The notes under the pieces are model-generated. The model ran no database searches and was not told where the DNA came from. It saw nothing but the letters and a program-made list of their open reading frames with translations. A stretch of 60,998 nt of DNA, the filler included, from Asterionella formosa (taxonomy: Eukaryota), in NCBI GenBank assembly GCA_002256025.1. It is 19 parts of 19 records of this genome, joined end to end, with 100 filler letters (N's around TTAATTAATTAA, not from the genome) between each part and the next. Parts side by side here need not be neighbours in the genome. Positions count along the whole stretch, not along the records: positions 1 to 3,131 come from NKIB01014451.1; positions 3,232 to 6,352 come from NKIB01014452.1; positions 6,453 to 9,572 come from NKIB01014453.1; positions 9,673 to 12,792 come from NKIB01014454.1; positions 12,893 to 16,011 come from NKIB01014455.1; 14 more parts are not named here. One strand, given 5' to 3'. The position numbers were made by a program, and so were the translations under genes. This document shows positions 1-14,108 of this stretch, piece by piece (position 1 is the first letter of the stretch; every line of letters starts with the position of its first letter).

Positions 1-480
1 TACCACAGAATTGACATTTGTCCTCGTCGTTATTGTCACACAGATCCATGATATTTACTGTCGTTGCAGTGCTGTGTTGGCGAGAGAAAAATAAGAATAA
101 CAGGTAGCTAAAATAATGGACCTTGTTCAGCACATATTTGGCAAACAATACTACCTGGTACCATCCTCATCAGTAGACATAATTCCACCAGTGTTGATTT
201 TGAGTAATAATAATCACGTAAAAAAATTGGGTTGCCTACCACTGGCTAGTAGTGCAGTTACCTAGTACCGGTAATAACCTACATAACATGAAAACTGGGA
301 AGAGGGAGCTTTTTTACCGGTAAGTGTGAGTTCTTCATGTGATGTGTACAACCGTAAAACTTTGATCTCAGATGGATGACATTAGACACCGCAAATATCC
401 TTACTATTTCATTAAGTAAAATGCGTGTTGTGAATGTATTAGCCTCAAGAGCAGGATCTTAGTTGAACTTTCAAATGAAT

Positions 481-892
481 TATTTGAAACATCAACTAAT
501 TCAGTCTCGCGTTCAAAATTCATTGTGAAAACTTCACATGAACAAACAGTTAAAACTTCACATGAAACCGTTAAAACTTCACATGATACCGTTAAAACTT
601 AACATGAAACCGTTAAAAGTAACCTTTTTTATGTGATGAGTGGCATTAATGCATGTGAAGTACCACATAATTAACACTCGTACGTATACGAAATTTCGAA
701 AAGTCAAAAGAAATATTTGAAACATCAACTAATTCAGTCTCGCGTTCAAAATTCATTGTGAAAACTTCACATGAAACAGTTAAAACTTCACATGAAACCG
801 TTAAAAGTAATCTTTTTTACGTGAAGAGTGGCATTAATGCATGTGAAGTACCACATAATTAACACTCATACGTAGACGAAATTTCGAAAAGT
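481..892 (+). repeat. Two-copy tandem duplication with nested 21-bp subrepeats
   Basis: TATTTGAAACATCAACTAATTCAGTCTCGCG...GAAATTTCGAAAAGT at 481-704 and 714-892. The internal unit GTTAAAACTTCACATGAAACC occurs about 4 times in copy 1 and about 2 times in copy 2. Confidence 0.9.
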
Positions 893-1173
893 GGCGTATT
901 TCGCGGCTTAGATGTGTAAACAAAAAAGCTACATGACATTGCCGTAGTAGGCAACATAAGGGATCAAAAATCCTATGTATCCATAAAACGAAAAATGGTC
1001 CATGTGAATCTATCATTGTTTTCATCCTGCTCCAACGTAAACATATTGGAGAGCAGGCAAGGGGTTTTCCGTACATGAATTTCGAAGAACTGAAAAAGGA
1101 AGAAGCAAGTCTCACTCTCGCAACTTTGTCTGTACTGTACAGTAATAGCCTTGTACTAGTCTAGTACCTGGTA

Positions 1174-2826
1174 CAATTTAAAAATGGCTTTGAGCCACTT
1201 CGAATGGCTTTGAGTCACTTAACGATATAATATTCAAAATGTATACATAGATTCTTTCCAATTTTCCAGTTATGATTATATTTATTACGACAAAGTTGTT
1301 CCTGATGTTACGTCGGATATAACATATCTAGTTGTTAATTAGGTCTTGTGTTTTAGATAATCAGATAAATGTGTCGGAAAGCAGCAATCAGCCCAAAAGT
1401 GGCAAAAAAAATATTATACCATTTAGCCGGCATCTCCGGGAAATACATGTATACATTTGTCTTGAAAATTTAATATTTAATATATATTTAGTTGCATTTA
1501 ACCGCCATTGACCATGCACTATAGCATTAAATGAGTAAATTCCTCACTCTTAGTAGATGAATGCAATATTTCTTGAATGCCAAAAAATGGAGTCATATTT
1601 TCATGTCAGAGACCGTAATTCACAGCAAAAATTGCTTCCGACATACCAAAAATTGAGACAAATCGCAGTCATCTCATTACCAACGATGAAACCTACAACA
1701 GCAAGAAAACAGCCATTTGTAGAAGCTAAATCAGGCGGGAAAGACAACAAAGTTGTTGGCAGGATATAGCTCATCAATTTCTACCTTGACAAGTGTAAAG
1801 ATCCAACTCATGCACAAAATGCATGAAAGATGTACTCACCCAAAAGGATAGGTGCTATGCTGCATTTGCTGTTGAAAAGGAAGATATTGTTGACCTGGTG
1901 TCGAAAGCATGGGATGAATCCTTTGCCCATATCGCTACGAACCAAAAAGCTGTTGCTGAAAGAGGTTGGGGTCTATTGAACTACAACTTGTTGCTGCTCC
2001 ATCCGGAAATTCAACTGACAAGTACCTCAAATCTGCAGACAGAAGCAAACAATAATCAACCCGCCTCTTCCATTCCCTCATCCAGACTGAACTTGAGTGA
2101 GCCAAGGCATCACCGCAACCCTTGTTGATCAGAAAATACAGTAGTACCGCAATCGTGAGGATGCTAGAAACGGAATAAATCTGGACAAACTTGCCCGCCA
2201 ACAAAAAGAAACAGTATTAATGGCGATTGCAAGAAATAAACAATACTCATCTGGTCTTCATGTCGCTGCAGGCAGGTACTTGTTGGGTCCTGAAGTGGTC
2301 GATGACCAGCTAAAAAGGAAGAAGCATGCGGAAGAAGTGCAGAAGAGTGAGCGAGAGAATCTGAAAATAGATGCGCACATGGCGCTTGCAAACAAAGGTT
2401 ATGCAATCAGATCGCTTAACAAACAGTCAGCTGTGTGGACAGTAGAACAAACGAAAACAATGGCAACGAGGTACAAGCAAGCAGGCAATCGTCCATTACC
2501 AACAACGAAACAACTGCTACTTACTAGATTCAATGACACCATGAGATGCGTGGCGATGCTGCAGCACCAGCGGAGCCACTTCCTCAGCACCCTTTGGTTG
2601 CTCCCATTACATAAAAAGAAGATATGATGGGAGGACCACAAGTCTAAGAATGATGCAACAACTACTGCAAAAAATACGAGGAGAGAGAACCAACAAGCAC
2701 ACCATCAGTCTAAAAACGATGCAACAACTACAAATGAAAGAACATGCAAACGATATAATATTTTCTAACCGTCGCCTATAAAAATAACCACTTGTATGAT
2801 AAAAAATTTATCTATGGCTTTGAGCC
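1174..2826 (+). mobile_element. Non-autonomous pogo-like (Tc1/mariner) deletion derivative, right end truncated
   Basis: Colinear homolog of 52335-54460. Starts TA|CAATTTAAAAATGGCTTTGAGCCAC. ORF remnants (EDIVDLVSKAWDESF...AVAERGWG.LNYNLL.HPEIQLT; AAGRYLLGPEV) match the C-terminus of the transposase at 58900-60998. Confidence 0.85.
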
Positions 2827-3131
2827 AGGCACCAGGGTGACACCAGGGTAACCTGGTGCTCCTAGCAGGTAAAAGCGCCTTCACCAGGTACCAGGTACCG
2901 AGACCTGTGCAATTGTTAAATATACTGTCCCTGCAGAAACAAGCCTTGAAAGAAGGATTTCAAGATTTCTGCCTCTGGGATAAAGCGAAACATAGCCTTC
3001 TTATACCCATGGTAATAACCTTACGGTAAAAAAGCTCAAACCGACAATCTTCATTTCCCGAACCTCCCTTGAGCAATATTGCTTCCGATATTTTGCTGGT
3101 TTGATTAATGCTTTATATTATATTCTTCACA

Positions 3132-3231
3132 NNNNNNNNNNNNNNNNNNNNNNNNNNNNNNNNNNNNNNNNNNNNTTAATTAATTAANNNNNNNNNNNNN
3201 NNNNNNNNNNNNNNNNNNNNNNNNNNNNNNN
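3132..3231. other. Artificial contig spacer (N44-TTAATTAATTAA-N44), first of 18
   Basis: Identical 100-bp spacers start at 3132, 6353, 9573, 12793, 16012, 19230, 22448, 25666, 28884, 32101, 35317, 38531, 41745, 44955, 48165, 51375, 54584 and 57792. The intervening contigs decrease in length from 3131 to 3107 bp. The 12-mer puts stops in all six frames. Confidence 0.99.
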
Positions 3232-4974
3232 AAGAGCTTGAAAAGAAATCCAATGAAAACGAAATGGCTCATCACACAAGACGAAAATTTCCGGCCGGTC
3301 TGTCACCAGAGCATCAATTAGTGTTACAACCTCAATCATAGCTAAACAACATCCATTATAGAACAGCACAATCTACTTCTCCATAACATCGTCTCTCTAA
3401 CAAGAACGTAATACATCTAGAATTGAAACGCAGCATAGCATGGTGCGATATGCACAAAGAAGCATTAGATTGTGCCGTCTATTTATAGTAACAGAGTGAT
3501 TCTGGTTTCGTAATTTTCATGTCTCATTAGATTTTCTTTGTCATCGTTCTAGTTCCTTACCTTTAAAGACAGGAGCGTATTCTTTGATGTATCTGGAATA
3601 TTTCAATGGATGGCAGCAGTTGGATTTAGACACAGACCTCAACAAAAGCACTAGTACCTTGTAGATGTTCATGAAAAGCGAGACACTTTGCTTGGCCTAT
3701 CGAACACCAGCCAGTCTATACTGCAAAAATGCAAGAAGCAAGCACAAGTTGAATGCCCATTTATGGATTCAAGTTTCAGTAGTAGTGCAACAAAGTAAAA
3801 TATTAGAAACCGGAAGTCACATTTCATCTAATTACGGTTTTCATTAGCTATACTAGTATTGATTGAGAGGAAGCAATGGTAGAATGGCTGCCAAACAGGC
3901 GGGGGCAAACACAGAGAATCCTACTAATTTTTCTTCCCAATGATCCCAGTCCCTTCTTGAATGTCACTTGCTTGCTACAGAAAATGTAGAACAGCCGCCA
4001 TGATCTGTTGATTGTTGCTTGCTGTATGGTGCCCCTGACCAAAACCTCCAGAAATCTCAATGAGTTGCTTGTTTCTTGACTTGAATGCAAAAGGGATCGA
4101 AACCAGTGGAAAAATCAAAAGGAAACTAAAAATGCTCTGCAAACATTAGGACAATTGTGAAAGAGAAATGAAGGTTCTTGGGAGGAGAAGTAAAGGGATA
4201 ATTGCTTCTGGTCTCCTTGCGGGAACAAGAATAGATTGACCCAAACATTGTTGACAAATAGGTACCTACGGGAAAAGGAAGCAATGATTTCGGCATCATC
4301 AATCTAGCTATACACAAGCCTGCGACACCTGACATCAATATAGCTACCTCGACTTCATCAATGAAGAAGTCAATGGGTGGAGCATGTGAGGAAAATCGAG
4401 GTTGAGGTTTTCTTGACGCCAACGTGGACCTGCTTGGCTGAACTCCTTGCAGATGAAGGCATTGAGTAACCTGGGCCTGTGAAGCCAAAGGAAAAAGAAA
4501 AATCTATGACAAGGGTGCGTTGTGAGATAGTGTTTAGGAGGGGGGAGCAAAAGTTATCATAGCTGAACGCATTCGAAACTTGTATAGACAATAGATGATG
4601 GCATGCCATGGCTGCTCTTGGCTGACAGCTGCCAAGTCAAGTACAAACACAATGAGGGTGCACAAAAGACAGTCCAATTTTAATCGACTGGCTGTTACTT
4701 AGTTGTGAGACTCACCATTCTGCAATGGGGTGGACTTTGATCATTGCTTTGTTCAAAGCACATTCAATTCGAATGCTGTCCAGTGAAACAGCCAGCAATG
4801 AAAACAATTGTGGTGGCGAAAAAGGGCAGAACAGATAAGAGATTTCATAGGAATTAAAATAACAGGGCATATATGATGCACTGCTCCTTGTGTAGACTAG
4901 TAGCTATATTTGATCATGTCCATATTTCATACTGTACAGGTGCATGGATGACTCCTCCCGCCCTTTCGTTAGAT

Positions 4975-5160
4975 ATGCAGCCATGTTGCGATAATTCTAC
5001 AGGACCTATAGGATTGGTAGTCTGGTGGTCATCACTTCCACATTGTATATACCAGTAGGAGTCATGTATGCACCATGCATGCTGCGATAATTCTTACAAG
5101 ACATAAAAATTTGGTAGCTTGGGAGTTATCACTTCCAGACTGTATACAGAGGAGGAAGGG
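4975..5160 (+). repeat. Imperfect ~95-bp tandem duplication
   Basis: TGCGATAATTCT.ACA.GAC.TA...TTGGTAG...TCACTTCCA...TGTATA occurs twice in tandem. Confidence 0.6.
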
Positions 5161-6535
5161 GTTGCATGCATACCTGAGCAACGACTACTCCGGTATAAAC
5201 TATGATCTTTACTCGATGATTCTTGATTCGTTTATCCTATAACTTTGATCATAAAATATTGATCATATGATGAACGGTGTCGTTGTAGAGAAAATGAATG
5301 ATCAACATTTATTTTCAAGAATCAGGATTAATTGATCTTAAAAGTATGATCAAATGATCCTATACACATGAGCACATTCAGTTTTTCGCTGCACTATTGT
5401 GGTATTTCCATGATGGAAGTAATTACCAGCAATTATACAGTACTACCGGTAGGCCATATGAATTTTGGTCAATATGTCTATATACATAGATGTATGATTT
5501 CGACCATTTGAAAAATTTGTGATGACTCCCGTTTATTAAGGGGCTTATTTAAATCAGCCACTGACTTGTAGGTACAAGAATTGACACAACACTAATTGAA
5601 AAAACTCAACAGGTTGTGGAAAACTATGAACTCATCATGCATTGTACTATATATTTGAATTATGTATAATCAAAATTGATATTAGTATACACAGGATGTG
5701 CCGTGACCATATAATGAGCGTGTTTAAAACTATGCAAATGTTCAACTATATATACATTTAAACTTCTTACAAATCTTTATATGTATATATATTCATGGCT
5801 GAAACATTTGAAATCATGTTTTCATGCATACACTTTGCTCCTGAAAAGAAGGATAAACACAGATGATGACGCGGAAAACGAAAGTGATAATACAGCACAA
5901 TGATACTTGCGGCTTAGAAGAGAAGGGCGGAATCAATTGATGGTAAGGCAAGAGCAAATGCCTTTCATGTTCCTTGTCATGCTGCATACACTTCCTGAAA
6001 TGAAGGATCTCAAGCAACACATGATGAGAAAAACTGAAGTGACAATACAGCACGATAAGAATGAGTGAATATGATGGAGAAGGGCGGAATCAACAAGCTG
6101 TGCATAGCATCACGGTTTGTCAAGAGCAAATGCCAAGATGATCAATTGCTGATGGGATTACAAATACGGAATGACTCGTCCCCTTTCAGTGATTCAATAG
6201 CTCCTTTTCGATTTGGTGGCTGGCCAATCATCCATGTGGACAAAAGAAATCGGTAAGTGCTGCCTATCAGCCATCTTTGGATCAATCTACAACTGTTAGA
6301 AAAACTGACACATATGTGTTGCTTCTTTCAGGATAATGGTAGACAAACAGTANNNNNNNNNNNNNNNNNNNNNNNNNNNNNNNNNNNNNNNNNNNNTTAA
6401 TTAATTAANNNNNNNNNNNNNNNNNNNNNNNNNNNNNNNNNNNNNNNNNNNNACAAGCGGACAATTGAGAGTCCGGAGACAAGATCTGAGGGTACCAGAC
6501 CATCCAGAGTCTGAAGAAGTCGCACAAGGCGCATC

Positions 6536-9500
6536 ATGAGTGGCAAAGGAAAGTTTACCAAGAAGGCTCAAGCCAAGGGCAAGTTTCAAGCCAAGGGAGG
6601 GAGCAATATTGCTTCTCAATCAATCAAGAAGTCAGTCAATGACTATAACTACTACCTCGGATCATCGAAGCAGGCATCTGACTATGAGACTACTACTGAG
6701 TACCTCATCAATCATATCAAGAAAGTGTTTGATTATGGCAGCGACATTGGAAGCGCACTCAAGTCATTAGAACCAATCAACACATCGGCATGGAAGCCAA
6801 GAATGCAAGTGAGCATTGCAACAACAGAAGAAGATCGCGCTGCAGAGAATCGACAATATGAGATTGAGTTCAAGGCTGACTATGACACCTACAGTAAAAG
6901 GGTACAGGCCTACAAAAATAATAATACCAAGGCAAATGCATTGCTCTGGGAAAGATGCAACAAAGCCATGAAGAACAAGATTGAAGCGAGATCCGATTAC
7001 AATAGGATCGAAAATAACCCAATAACATTGCTTATGGCAATTAAAGAACACGCATTAAATTTTCAAGAGAATTGATATTCAATGTCGATCATTTTAGATG
7101 CAATGAGAACGCTTTTGTTCACGAAGCAAAAGGAAGGAGAAAGTCTACAAGACTACACCAAGAGATTTCGTGTGGCACGAGATGTGCTCAAGTCACACAT
7201 GGGAGGACCCATTATCCTCACCAAGTTCGTTGAAGCCATGGATGGATACAATGAGAACGACATCAAGCAACGAGATAAATTTCGCGAACAAGCTTTCAGT
7301 CAATTTATGGCATATTTATATCTCGATAATGCCGATAAAGGTAAATACGGTTCAATTATGACCGGGCTGAACACTCAACAGTCACTCGGCAATGATCAAT
7401 ACCCAAAGACCATCACCGAATCAAATAATGTTCTCAGCAACCATCGGTTTGACGTAACAAATAAATCTGTCTACAAGAAACCAGGAGATAATGATAAAGA
7501 GAGGAAACAAAAGGATGCAGGCAAGGAAGACGAAGATGTGAACTTATCGTTTGCACAGTTAGAAGGAAAATGTTACTGCTGCGGAAAAGCAGGTCACAAA
7601 TCTCCTTCGTGTCGAGACAAGAATAAACCCAAAGAGGAATGGTCAATTAACAAGGCCCAAAGCCATGCACAGGCACAGGCTAATACATCCGACACGAGTA
7701 CAGTTACCTCTGTTAATTCCAACAACCCGCCATCATCACAAGCTTCACAACAAGCAAATGCCAATCAATTTGGATGGACGGGAGCTCATATGAAACTACA
7801 ATTTTACCAAGCATCTGAGATGCGTGACTGGATACTATTGGATAATCAATCAAGTGTCACAGTCTTTTGCAATCCAAAAATGGTTAATAACATTCAAATG
7901 TCAACCAACGGAAGCATGCACCTGGCCACAAATGGTGGATCCATGGTAACTAATATGAAGGCTGATCTTCCAGAATGGGGAGAAGTATGGTTTAATGAAA
8001 AGGCAATCACAAACATCTTCAGTTATGCCGAAATGGCAGATAGGTACAGAATTACCTATGACTTTGAGAAAGAAGATGCATTCATTGTTCATTTGCCTGA
8101 CAAAACAGTTCGATTTGAAAGAATTGGGATGAACTTATATGTTTTCAAGCCAACTACAAGAATTAGAGTGGAGAATGCTCAAATGTTAAATACACTTGAA
8201 GAAAACAAAACATTTTACACTGAACGTCAATTTCAGAGAGCTAAGTAAGCTCGTGATCTATTTCATGCCTTGGGTACACCATCAATTAACGATTTCAAGG
8301 CAATAATTTGTATGAATACGATCAACAATAATCCAGTGACTACCGATGATATCAAAATTGCAGAGAAAATATTTGGACCTGACATCGGAACACTAAAAGG
8401 CAAGACAACTCGTCGCAAGCCGCTGCCATTCGTGAACGACTACATCGAGATTCCTAAGGAGCTTATCCAAGCTCAACTTGAAGTGACTCTTTGCATGGAC
8501 GGAATGAAAGTCAATGGACAATCATTTCTCACAACAATTTCTCAAAACATTATGTATAGGACAGCGCAATGGGTCAAGAATCAGACAGCTGAAGTCTATC
8601 GAGATGCTTTGATTCAAGTATTCCGTGTTTATAATACCGGAGGATTTAAAATTACAACAATCCACTGTGACAACGAGTTTCAACCTTTGATGGAACAAAT
8701 TTCCAATGAATTTCAAGTCACTATGAACTACGCAAACCCACAAGAACATGTTCCCGAAGCGGAGCGAAATAATCGAGTGATGATGATTAAGATTCTAGTG
8801 ACAGAATCTGCAAGGAAACTGAATTTCTTTCCGGCAAAGAACGGGATATCCCCGTATTACAGTCCTCGTATGATTTTACATCAACAAAACCTGGACTATG
8901 CTCGACATTGCCAGTATACATTTGGCACTTATGTCCAAGCACATGAAGAACCTGTGTTTTCAAACACAAATGCACCTCGCAGCCTAGATTGCATTTTTCT
9001 ACGCTACAATGACAATGTGCAAGGAGGTCATGAATTGTTACACCTACCTACAAATTCATTGATAAATAGACGAACAATTACTCCTCTACCACGTACCCCA
9101 GCAATCATGAATCAAGTACACGCCCTTGCTGTGCAGGAAAATATGCCAGATGGTCTCAAGATAGCAAATCGAACGGGACAACTATTTTATGATAGTGCTT
9201 GGATTGCAGGAGTGGATTATGATAATGAAGCATTTGAAGATGCACAAGATGAAGATTATGAAGATCAAGATGCTAATGACAACGAAAGCAATGATGAAAT
9301 TCTCGGAGAAGAAGACTATGATGAAATGACTCCGGATGAAATATATGAAGCAGAACAGCTCGAATTAAACGACAATACTCAAGAGGATGACCCTGAACCT
9401 GACGAGGGCAACAATGAGAATAATATCGAAATGAATGCAGATGATATCCAAGATGAGGATGAAGAGCCAGCAAATGAAACTGAAAATGAAGAGGCAATGT

Positions 9501-9572
9501 TAGAAGTCAATCCAAGCACTCAGGATGACTCAGACCCAAATGTTAGAACTACAAGGTCTGGAAGAGTCTCAA
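6536..9572 (+). mobile_element. Ty1/copia (CoDi-like) gag-protease-integrase, disrupted, 3' partial
   Basis: One frame broken by stops at 7073-7075 and 8246-8248. Contains CCHC knuckle CYCCGKAGHKSPSC, protease WILLDNQSS, integrase CMD...HCDNEF...HVPEAERNNR, then an acidic linker ending RTTRSGRVS. Confidence 0.92.
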
Positions 9573-9672
9573 NNNNNNNNNNNNNNNNNNNNNNNNNNNN
9601 NNNNNNNNNNNNNNNNTTAATTAATTAANNNNNNNNNNNNNNNNNNNNNNNNNNNNNNNNNNNNNNNNNNNN

Positions 9673-12600
9673 CCCGAGAACACACGTGCCAGAAACCCAA
9701 CCCCCAGTCAACCCGCTGGTAGCCCTGAGACCAGTGCCATGACCTTCACACAACGAGGAGCGACCGCCGGCATCAACGGAGTGACACATGACGACGTCAT
9801 ATGTTACAACTGCCAGAACATTGGGCACTATGCAAGCGACTGCCCTGAGACACAAGGAACGACGAACACTGGCACAACATTGGTGCAACATGCGTACATG
9901 CTTGCCCAACCAAATGAGACAAATATCGACCCTTACTGGATACTTCTGGACTCGCAATCCACAATCTCTGTGTTCAAGAACCCGCAAATGCTACAGAACA
10001 TTAGAAGCAGTCCACATGTACTCCGCGCACTGACAAATGGGGGACACCAGGATTCCAACATGATTGGTGACTTCCCAAACCTTGGACAGGTGTGGTACAA
10101 CCCCGATTCCATTGCCAACATTTTGTCACTTGCCGATGTGCGCAAAGTATGCAAGGTATCCATGGATACATCTAAGGAACCAACCATATTTGTACACCGA
10201 CTTGACGGATCGGTCATGAAGTTTATTGAACACCCTTCCGGACTCTATATTTTCAACCCTAACGCTACTAGTAACTGTGTCAACGCGTACACCATGGTCT
10301 ACACAGTAGCACAACAAAAAACAATGTTTTCGCATCGGGAAATCAAATTGGCCAATGAAGCTAGGGATCTTTACAGAAAAAATGGGCGGCCTGATGAGAT
10401 CGAGTTCCAATCGATCCTCAGAAAGAACCTCATTCGGAACTGTCCGGTGACACCAGACGATGCCAAATGAGCACTCCTTATCTATGGCCCCGACATTGCT
10501 GTCCTCAAAGGAAAAATGACCCGGTCCAAAGCTACACCACGCGCTCCAACCTTCATTGCCGTGCCCATACCAGCACCCATCCTGAAGCATCACCACAACA
10601 TTACACTGTGTGTAGATTTCTTTTTGTACAAGGGCTCATATTCCACCACACGATATCACGTGGAATTGGTTTCCGGACTGTAAGTCCGGTCCCAGACCGC
10701 CGGTCTTCCACCATCCTTCGTGAAACTCAAGCCGCCAAACACATGAATCAATCACGCGGTTTAACAGTATGCGATATACATGCAGATAATGAATTCGATT
10801 GCATTCGTGAAGACATCCGCCCTATCGAAATGAACATCGTGCCCACAGACAGTCATGTTGGCGAAATCGAACGCTCTATTTGCACCATTAAGGAGCGCCT
10901 CCGTGCTTGCGTTCACGGGCTACCTTTCAAGCGCCTGCCAAAACTAATGATAACCCACATGGTCGCCGATGTTGTGCGATGTTTGAACCAATTCCCACAC
11001 AAGAATGGGGTTTCAGATACGCTGAGCCCAGCTTGTATCATCACTGGTGCTGCCAACCCCGACTACAACAACATGCGACTAGAATTTGGCTCATACGTAC
11101 AAGTATTCGAAGACAACGACCCCTCAAACACCCCACGTTCCCAATCTTTAGGGGCCATATCTCTCAACCCCACCGGCAACGCGCAAGGCGACTACTATTT
11201 CATGTCACTTGCCACCGGAGCAAAGATTTCCAGACACCAATGGACCCTGCTATCCATCACTGACACCGCCATTGCCCGCATCGAGGCCATTGCTCTACAC
11301 GATGGGCAACAACCCATACAGGAGCGTGGTCTTGTTGCTGAATGGCGCCCCAACCAGGCCATTGACGATGATGAATATGACCGCGACTACACTGAGCCTG
11401 GCAATACACCGACTGAAGACGATCATTTTGAGGCCGACATTTTAGCACCCATCGACGAAGAAGAAATCGCCGATCTGCTTGCCAATGCCTCCGAGCCTGA
11501 GAAAGATGGAGTGGACCAAGAAGCGCACATCGTGATTGAGGGAAATGAGACGGAACCTCATGTTCTTGTTGGTGATGGTATCGAAACTGAAGAATGTGAT
11601 GACACAAACTTCGACCAAGGCAACCTAGGAGCCCTGGACTTCGAACACGAAGAAGAAGACGAACTCGACGAAGAAAGCGAATACGAAGAAGACATCACCA
11701 ACCACGAAAATGTAGGATACGAACAAGGAGAACAGGTGGTAGTTGTAGGAGCGCAACGTGAAGAAGGCGGCAACGACCACAACACCCGAACATACAACCT
11801 TCGGGATCGTGGAGGCAATAAGGCCGCCCAATCATTTGAGGAGGCCATGGACAACCCACATAACAGTAAGTCCTACTACCCGCCAATGCAGTTCATACAG
11901 CACGGAGCCATGGGCACGAGATCACCTTTGAGCGACGAGAGCATAAGGGCCCTCGTTTTTGGGCATATCATGACGCAGATGACGGCAAAAGCAGGGATAA
12001 AGAAACACGGAAGGGTAGCCGAGGAAGCACTGATGGCGGAGTTTGCACGGTTGGAGGATCTGAATGCGTACGGGTCCATAAATCCATTGTCCCTGACCAA
12101 AGAACAAAAAAAGGGCGCCCTTAGGGCGATCAACCTGATCAAAGAGAAACGAGATGGACGACTTAAAGGGCGAACTGTAGCAGATGGACGAACACAGCGC
12201 ACATTGTATGACAAGTCTGAGACTGCATCACCAACAGTGTCCACCGATGCACTCATGCTGTCTATAATTGTGGACGCGCATGAAGGAAGGGACGTGGCCA
12301 CCGCAGACGTGACGGGGGCATGCCTGAAGGCAGACATGGACGATTTCGTGGTGATGAAGTTCATGGACAATTCAGTTGACATACTGTGTGAGATGAACCC
12401 ACTGCACAAGAGGTTCGTAGCTGTGGAAAAAGGTATTAAGGTGCTCTATGTCCGGTTAGTGAAAGCGATTTACGGATGTGTAAAATCGGCTCTGCTCTGG
12501 TACGATCTGTTTAACAACACCCTAAACGAAATGGGTTTTGTAATTAATCCCTATGACCCATGCATCGCGAACTGTATAATTGATGGAAGTCAGTGTACAA

Positions 12601-12792
12601 TTGCATGGTACGTTGACGACAACAAGATTTCCCATGTGGAACCTGCAGTAGTAACCATGATCATAAAAAAAATCGAGAAACGTTTCGACAAAATGACAGT
12701 GACCAGAGGGAAGGAACATGTGTTTCTAGGAATGAACATACGATACACTAATGAACGCACCGCTGTAATCACGATGAACGTGTACCTTAAAG
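9673..12792 (+). mobile_element. Ty1/copia (CoDi-like) pol: knuckle, protease, integrase, RT; disrupted copy A
   Basis: CYNCQNIGHYASDC, WILLDSQST, HADNEF...HVGEIER, RT DVATADVTGA and WYVDD. TGA at 10468-10470 and a 1-nt frameshift near 10620 relative to the copy at 54684-57791. Confidence 0.95.
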
Positions 12793-12892
12793 NNNNNNNN
12801 NNNNNNNNNNNNNNNNNNNNNNNNNNNNNNNNNNNNTTAATTAATTAANNNNNNNNNNNNNNNNNNNNNNNNNNNNNNNNNNNNNNNNNNNN

Positions 12893-14108
12893 TTATCCAC
12901 TCAGCCAAGACGGTTCTGGCATCTATCCCGGTCGATCTCCAGGCGGTTCACATCAAAAGCCATCAAGATGACAGTAAACCCTATGAAGCCTTAACTCTGC
13001 CTGCAAAACTCAAAATCCAAGTTGATGGACTCACTCATTTAGCCTATCTCCGCTGCCCCCAGAGCTCCATTACTCCGCTTTCCCCTCAAGTCCCCGCAAC
13101 CCTCATTTTTCAGGGATCTCAAGTTACCTCTCAGATGATCCCTACAACTCTGCAAGCGTACTATAAGCCCAAACAATTCACGTACTTCCAAACACAACAC
13201 GGATGGACGCAGTCAATCTCTGACTCTACTGACTGGAAGTCTTCCACCAGCGCATACAAACACTTGTCAAACGGACGCAAACTAGCAATGTTTAAGTTAA
13301 TAAATGGACAATGGCCCACCAACAAAATCTTACATCGCCATGGCAAAGCCCCGGCTTCCTTATGCCCACGCTGCTCCAATGCTGTTGAGGACCACAATCA
13401 CGTCCTCACCTGCCCAGCTTCTTGCCACTTTTGGGATACAAAGTGGACCACTCTCTCTGACCATCTGAAATCCAAACTTTGCACTCCTCCCCATATTCTC
13501 CTTGCCCTAACCCATGGTATCCAATCGTGGGAAAATGGTGACGTTCCCCCACTTGGCCTCTTCCAGATCCCTCCCCAACCGAACCTCTTCTTTGGACGAC
13601 CTATCAGGCATATGTCCAACAAACAGCTATAGGATGGAACCACCTCCTAAGGGGAAATCTATCAGTCTCTTGGGCTCATGCCATGACAACCTATCACTCC
13701 ATCAGACATCCAGACCAACGCTATGAATCCTCCCTTTGGACACGTCAACTAATCAACTCCTTACGCGCCTATGCCATGGAACAGTGGAATAATCGCAATG
13801 ATTTTGTCTATGGCGCCATTCTCCTTGCCACTAATGCACGCCGACTCACATTGCTTCGAACACAGACAATTACAGCTTACTCAAACCAGATCTCTGTCCC
13901 AGCTGATGAACGAGGACATATGTTTGGCCTTCCTCTCTCTCAACGCTTACTTCATTCCCACTCGGCACTGACGGCCTGGCTGGCAATCTATCGTGTGGGT
14001 CAACTAAGCCTCACATCCCAAATACGTCAAGACAAACGCCGCCAGGGCACAATTCGAAAATTTCTTATCCGTCGCGCAAACCCTCGCCGTCCCTCTTCAC
14101 CCATCTAA
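12893..14108 (+). mobile_element. 3' end of a non-LTR retrotransposon ORF (RNase H C-terminus plus CCHC zinc finger; Ambal-like), disrupted
   Basis: HIKSHQDD...VDGL (end of RNase H), DWKS...FKLINGQWPTN...CPRCSNAVEDHNHVLTC, and W..RNDFVYG. Frameshifted; the ORF ends at 14108. Confidence 0.75.

Noticed and set aside
3176..3187. TTAATTAATTAA motif and ORFs ending in X...LIN
   Set aside because: Linker artefact, not biological sequence.
3232..4620. Minus-strand coding-like stretch with scattered stops
   Set aside because: Probably a decayed gene or TE, but no motif I can assign.
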